A stretch of DNA of 64,000 nucleotides from a virus. The stretch lies in IMG/VR virus record IMGVR_UViG_3300025687_000022; one strand, written 5' to 3'. The number at the start of each line of letters is the position of its first letter. The first letter of the stretch is position 1. The translations under genes and the position numbers were made by a program. Positions 61,114-64,000 of the stretch are shown here, piece by piece. The notes under the pieces were generated by a model. It worked only from the letters and a program-made list of their open reading frames with translations. It was not told the DNA's origin and did no database searches.

Positions 61114-62154
61114 TTACCACCTCCTATTAAGAATGTGGGTTCTACTTTCAGAAGCTCCAGCGCTTGTCTGACGAATAAATTTAGCACGCGATTGAAGCTG
61201 TGCCAAGTCTCTAGCACCAGAATAGCTAAAGCCACTAGTGATTCCTCTACGTAGATCTTCTAGAATGTCTATTACCGCGCCACGGAAAGGAACACGAGTA
61301 GAAATACCTTCTAATGAGTTGTAGCTTCCTTTCCAGTCGCGTTGAGCTTCTTTGGAAGCCATACCTCTATATTCTTTCCAACGACCGTCTGTGTCGTGGA
61401 TAGTGCGACCTGGGGTTTCTCTTGTTCCAGATAGAAGAGAGCCGCACATAACAGCATCAGCACCAGCAGCTAAAGCTTTTACAATATCTCCGCTTGTTTT
61501 AATGCCACCGTCAGCAATTAGTTTTGCTGGGCGCTGTGAATGCGAGCAGTCTAAAATAGATTGAAAAGTTGGGACACCATGACCAGTTTGAATTCTAGTG
61601 GAACAAATTGAGCCCCCGCCGATTCCAACTCGAATAGAATCTGCTCCCCAATCAGACAAATCATCAAATGCCTCTAACGTGGCAACGTTTCCAGCCATAA
61701 TGTGAACTGAGTCCCCAACGTGCAACCTAATTTGTCGAAGCGCTGTTCTAACTTTTGTATGGTGACCATGAGCTACATCAATACAAATAAGATTGGCACC
61801 AGCGCGAACGCTTTCTTTTGAGCGCTCTAGAAAATCTCCAGATACTCCTACGGCAACTCCAATATTTCTTTTAATATAAGAGCTATGCACTTTGGAAAGT
61901 TGGCAAGCAATATTTACTTGTCTTACTTGCTCTTCGATAGAATTATAACGGTGAATAATGCCACAGCCGCCAAAATCTGACAATGCGGCACCCATCGCAC
62001 CTTCGGTAATTGTATCCATAGGTGCAGAGAAAATAGGCACGTTTAAACTTACGCCAAGATCAAGATCTGATGAAATATCAACTTCTGATCTTGAATCAAT
62101 ATCAGATCTGCCAGGAACCAGTAGCACGTCGTCAAATGCCAGTGCTTCTCTCAT
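61114..62154 (-). CDS. guaB: IMP dehydrogenase / GMP reductase family (no CBS domain)
   Basis: FDDVLLVP, SAPMDT, DVAHGH, GIGGGSICSTR, ADGG, YRGMAS. Confidence 0.88.
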   Translation of the reverse strand: MREALAFDDVLLVPGRSDIDSRSEVDISSDLDLGVSLNVPIFSAPMDTITEGAMGAALSDFGGCGIIHRYNSIEEQVRQVNIACQLSKVHSSYIKRNIGVAVGVSGDFLERSKESVRAGANLICIDVAHGHHTKVRTALRQIRLHVGDSVHIMAGNVATLEAFDDLSDWGADSIRVGIGGGSICSTRIQTGHGVPTFQSILDCSHSQRPAKLIADGGIKTSGDIVKALAAGADAVMCGSLLSGTRETPGRTIHDTDGRWKEYRGMASKEAQRDWKGSYNSLEGISTRVPFRGAVIDILEDLRRGITSGFSYSGARDLAQLQSRAKFIRQTSAGASESRTHILNRRW

Positions 62155-62507
62155 TGCTCACCTCCAATAAAGATTCTAATATCATCTCTGGTATACCAAG
62201 TTGTTTTGTGTGGATTTTCGGGCTCTGGAATCACTTTGATTCTTGGACGTGTACCTCCAACTTCCATCTTACAGATTGTGGGCACACCTTCAAAATTTAG
62301 AATTTTGGATGCGTCTTGGTAATCTTCAATATTAAACGCAAAGAAAAGAACATCAGGAAATTCTTCTGATACATATTCATAATCTTGCTTTAGCGCATGA
62401 CAATAATGACAGCTATTGCTATAGAACTTAACAACAATCGTTGCAGGCTCTTTTACTTTGCCACTCATCATTTTCTGTAAAGCACTCTTACTCAATCGCT
62501 CTACCAT
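62151..62507 (-). CDS. Thioredoxin-like protein
   Basis: KFYSNSCHYC (CxxC), GVPT. Confidence 0.85.
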   Translation of the reverse strand: MVERLSKSALQKMMSGKVKEPATIVVKFYSNSCHYCHALKQDYEYVSEEFPDVLFFAFNIEDYQDASKILNFEGVPTICKMEVGGTRPRIKVIPEPENPHKTTWYTRDDIRIFIGGEQ

Positions 62508-62738
62508 TTAAAACCTCTTTTGTTTTGTTAATGCAGTCAGGGCAGAAAAGCGAAACATTATCGCTTTTCACCACAACACTCCATGACATTACCATTTCTT
62601 TATTGCTCTTGTCAAATGTTTTTTGGCAAGATAAACAATGATCTGGTAGTTTTCCAAAAAGATGAATTTGATCTGCCATGATCTGATTTGGGTCATTCTT
62701 TTTGCGGAGCTTTTCTGCTTCTCTGCGTTGTTTTCTGT

Positions 62739-63218
62739 TCATCGTGCTTCCATGACACCAATCTTTGGAAAGTTATGATTTGTACTGCGAAAAACAACAA
62801 CAGCAGAAGGAAAAGGAGCAGAGTTCTCGCCATTTCCAAATTTAAGCCGACCACGGATAAAATAAATAGCATCAGATTTCATTACATAGTCATGCCAGTA
62901 TCGTGTGTCGGTTCTTGCTGGGATAAGAGCAACAACTGTTGTATCATTTTTCTGCCCTTCTTCATAAGCTTTCTTAATCCAATCTTTAATCGCCCTGCCA
63001 TATGGAGGGTTCATAAAAACTTTATTACCGCTCCAATCTTTGTTTAAGCCATCATCTTTTTCTGTATAGTGATTTCGCACTTTATAGTTTGATTCGTTTG
63101 AACAAGGATCGAGAGTGAATGGACCAAACTTATCTTCCAAGTAATCAAAAAAGTGCTGTGGAGTAGCCCAATCATTAGATTTTGAGCTAAACATCACATC
63201 TGTTGTATTTTTATCCAC
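62739..63218 (-). CDS. Phage N6-adenine DNA methyltransferase
   Basis: WATP, LDPC, FMNPPY, PARTDT, GRLKF; GTG start with RBS. Confidence 0.9.
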   Translation of the reverse strand: MDKNTTDVMFSSKSNDWATPQHFFDYLEDKFGPFTLDPCSNESNYKVRNHYTEKDDGLNKDWSGNKVFMNPPYGRAIKDWIKKAYEEGQKNDTTVVALIPARTDTRYWHDYVMKSDAIYFIRGRLKFGNGENSAPFPSAVVVFRSTNHNFPKIGVMEAR

Positions 63219-63669
63219 CTGTACTCCCAAAGGCTCCATCGCCTCGTTTAGAAATTGACATTGGATGTTTATAAAGCACATCTTCACTTTGTTCCACTGG
63301 TCTAAAAGTCACAACAGGAATCAATACAACCTGTGCAATTTTCATTCCAGCGTGAATATACTGAGGAGAGTTACCAACGTTGTGTAAGTTAACAAACACT
63401 TCTCCATCATAACCTGAATCAACTACGCACGCGCCAACCAAAAGCGAGCGCTTGGCAGCGTTTCCAGAACGATTCTTAACCTCAAGCATATAACCATGAG
63501 GCACGCCAAACTTTAGACCTGTTGCAAAAACTCCAGATTCTCCAGGCTGTAGAGTGACGCCAGATGTATAAGGATCGGGACAGTAAAAAATATCTAGACC
63601 AGCATCCGATGGATTAGCCCGAACTGGACTAATCGCATCTGGTCTGGTGCGATAAAACTCGATAATCAT
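63211..63669 (-). CDS. dut: dUTPase (trimeric)
   Basis: AGLD, RSG, VVDSGYDGE, IAQ, RGDGAFGSTG. Confidence 0.95.
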   Translation of the reverse strand: MIIEFYRTRPDAISPVRANPSDAGLDIFYCPDPYTSGVTLQPGESGVFATGLKFGVPHGYMLEVKNRSGNAAKRSLLVGACVVDSGYDGEVFVNLHNVGNSPQYIHAGMKIAQVVLIPVVTFRPVEQSEDVLYKHPMSISKRGDGAFGSTGG

Positions 63670-63959
63670 TCATCATCCTCATTGTCAAGATGTCCGAACA
63701 GCAGCTGAAAGTTGTTATAAACAGCATCAATGTCGAACTTGCCTTTGAATAGACGGTAAGCTTTTACAGCAGACCGAATCTCATCGGTGTCAAGCCAGCC
63801 CTGCTCTCGGTACTCTGCACGAAGCTCTCGCTTCTGCTCCTTATACGGCTCCATAGCTTCTTCAATAGCACGCAGGGATCGAATGTACTCCTGCACAAGA
63901 CGCTTCTTCTCTTCGCTGTTAGCCATGATTTCCTCCTTTTGGCTATTATAATTTAACAA
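63666..63959 (-). CDS. Small coiled-coil protein (possible DsbA/GapR-like DNA binder)
   Basis: 97-aa ORF with promoter upstream. Confidence 0.4.
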   Translation of the reverse strand: MLNYNSQKEEIMANSEEKKRLVQEYIRSLRAIEEAMEPYKEQKRELRAEYREQGWLDTDEIRSAVKAYRLFKGKFDIDAVYNNFQLLFGHLDNEDDE

Positions 63960-64000
63960 GATGCAGTCGATCTGTCAAATGGTTTTTGGTGATTCTGAAA

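Noticed and set aside
1-64000. Eukaryotic virus (NCLDV) or alternative genetic code
   Set aside because: Shine-Dalgarno sites, sigma70 promoters, ATGA coupling and intact long ORFs under the standard code indicate a bacteriophage.

Overview
A 64-kb segment of a large, probably jumbo, dsDNA bacteriophage genome. Essentially every credible gene is on the minus strand. Four zones are visible. (1) ~0.2-19.6 kb holds putative late or virion-cargo genes. Most begin with a shared N-terminal leader (MKITKxxLKQIIKEE or ENWRxFLxE-like). They include ten paralogous leucine-rich-repeat (LRR) genes built from ~70 GC-rich 69-bp modules that vary mainly at the predicted concave binding face. (2) ~19.8-24.1 kb holds thyX plus small genes chained by a repeated GGAGAACGAAGAATGA RBS/stop/start junction, followed by a G-rich non-coding boundary. 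(3) ~24.4-47.6 kb is an array of about 45-50 single-gene cassettes, each with its own near-identical sigma70-type promoter and RBS. It includes six mosaic pentapeptide-repeat genes, a MoxR/VWA pair, zinc-knuckle paralogs, many small KOW/SH3-like proteins, eight tRNA genes and a candidate structured ncRNA. (4) ~48-64 kb holds metabolic and maintenance genes (nucleotidyltransferase, proteases, groEL, adenine methylases, clpP, guaB-like, thioredoxin, dut). The most striking candidate system is a pair of recombinationally diversified repeat-protein repertoires: VLR-like LRRs carrying a putative capsid-targeting leader, and early-expressed pentapeptide putative DNA mimics. Several clues suggest a GC-rich host, possibly Myxococcota-like. 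All functional calls come from reading motifs by eye; no searches were run.
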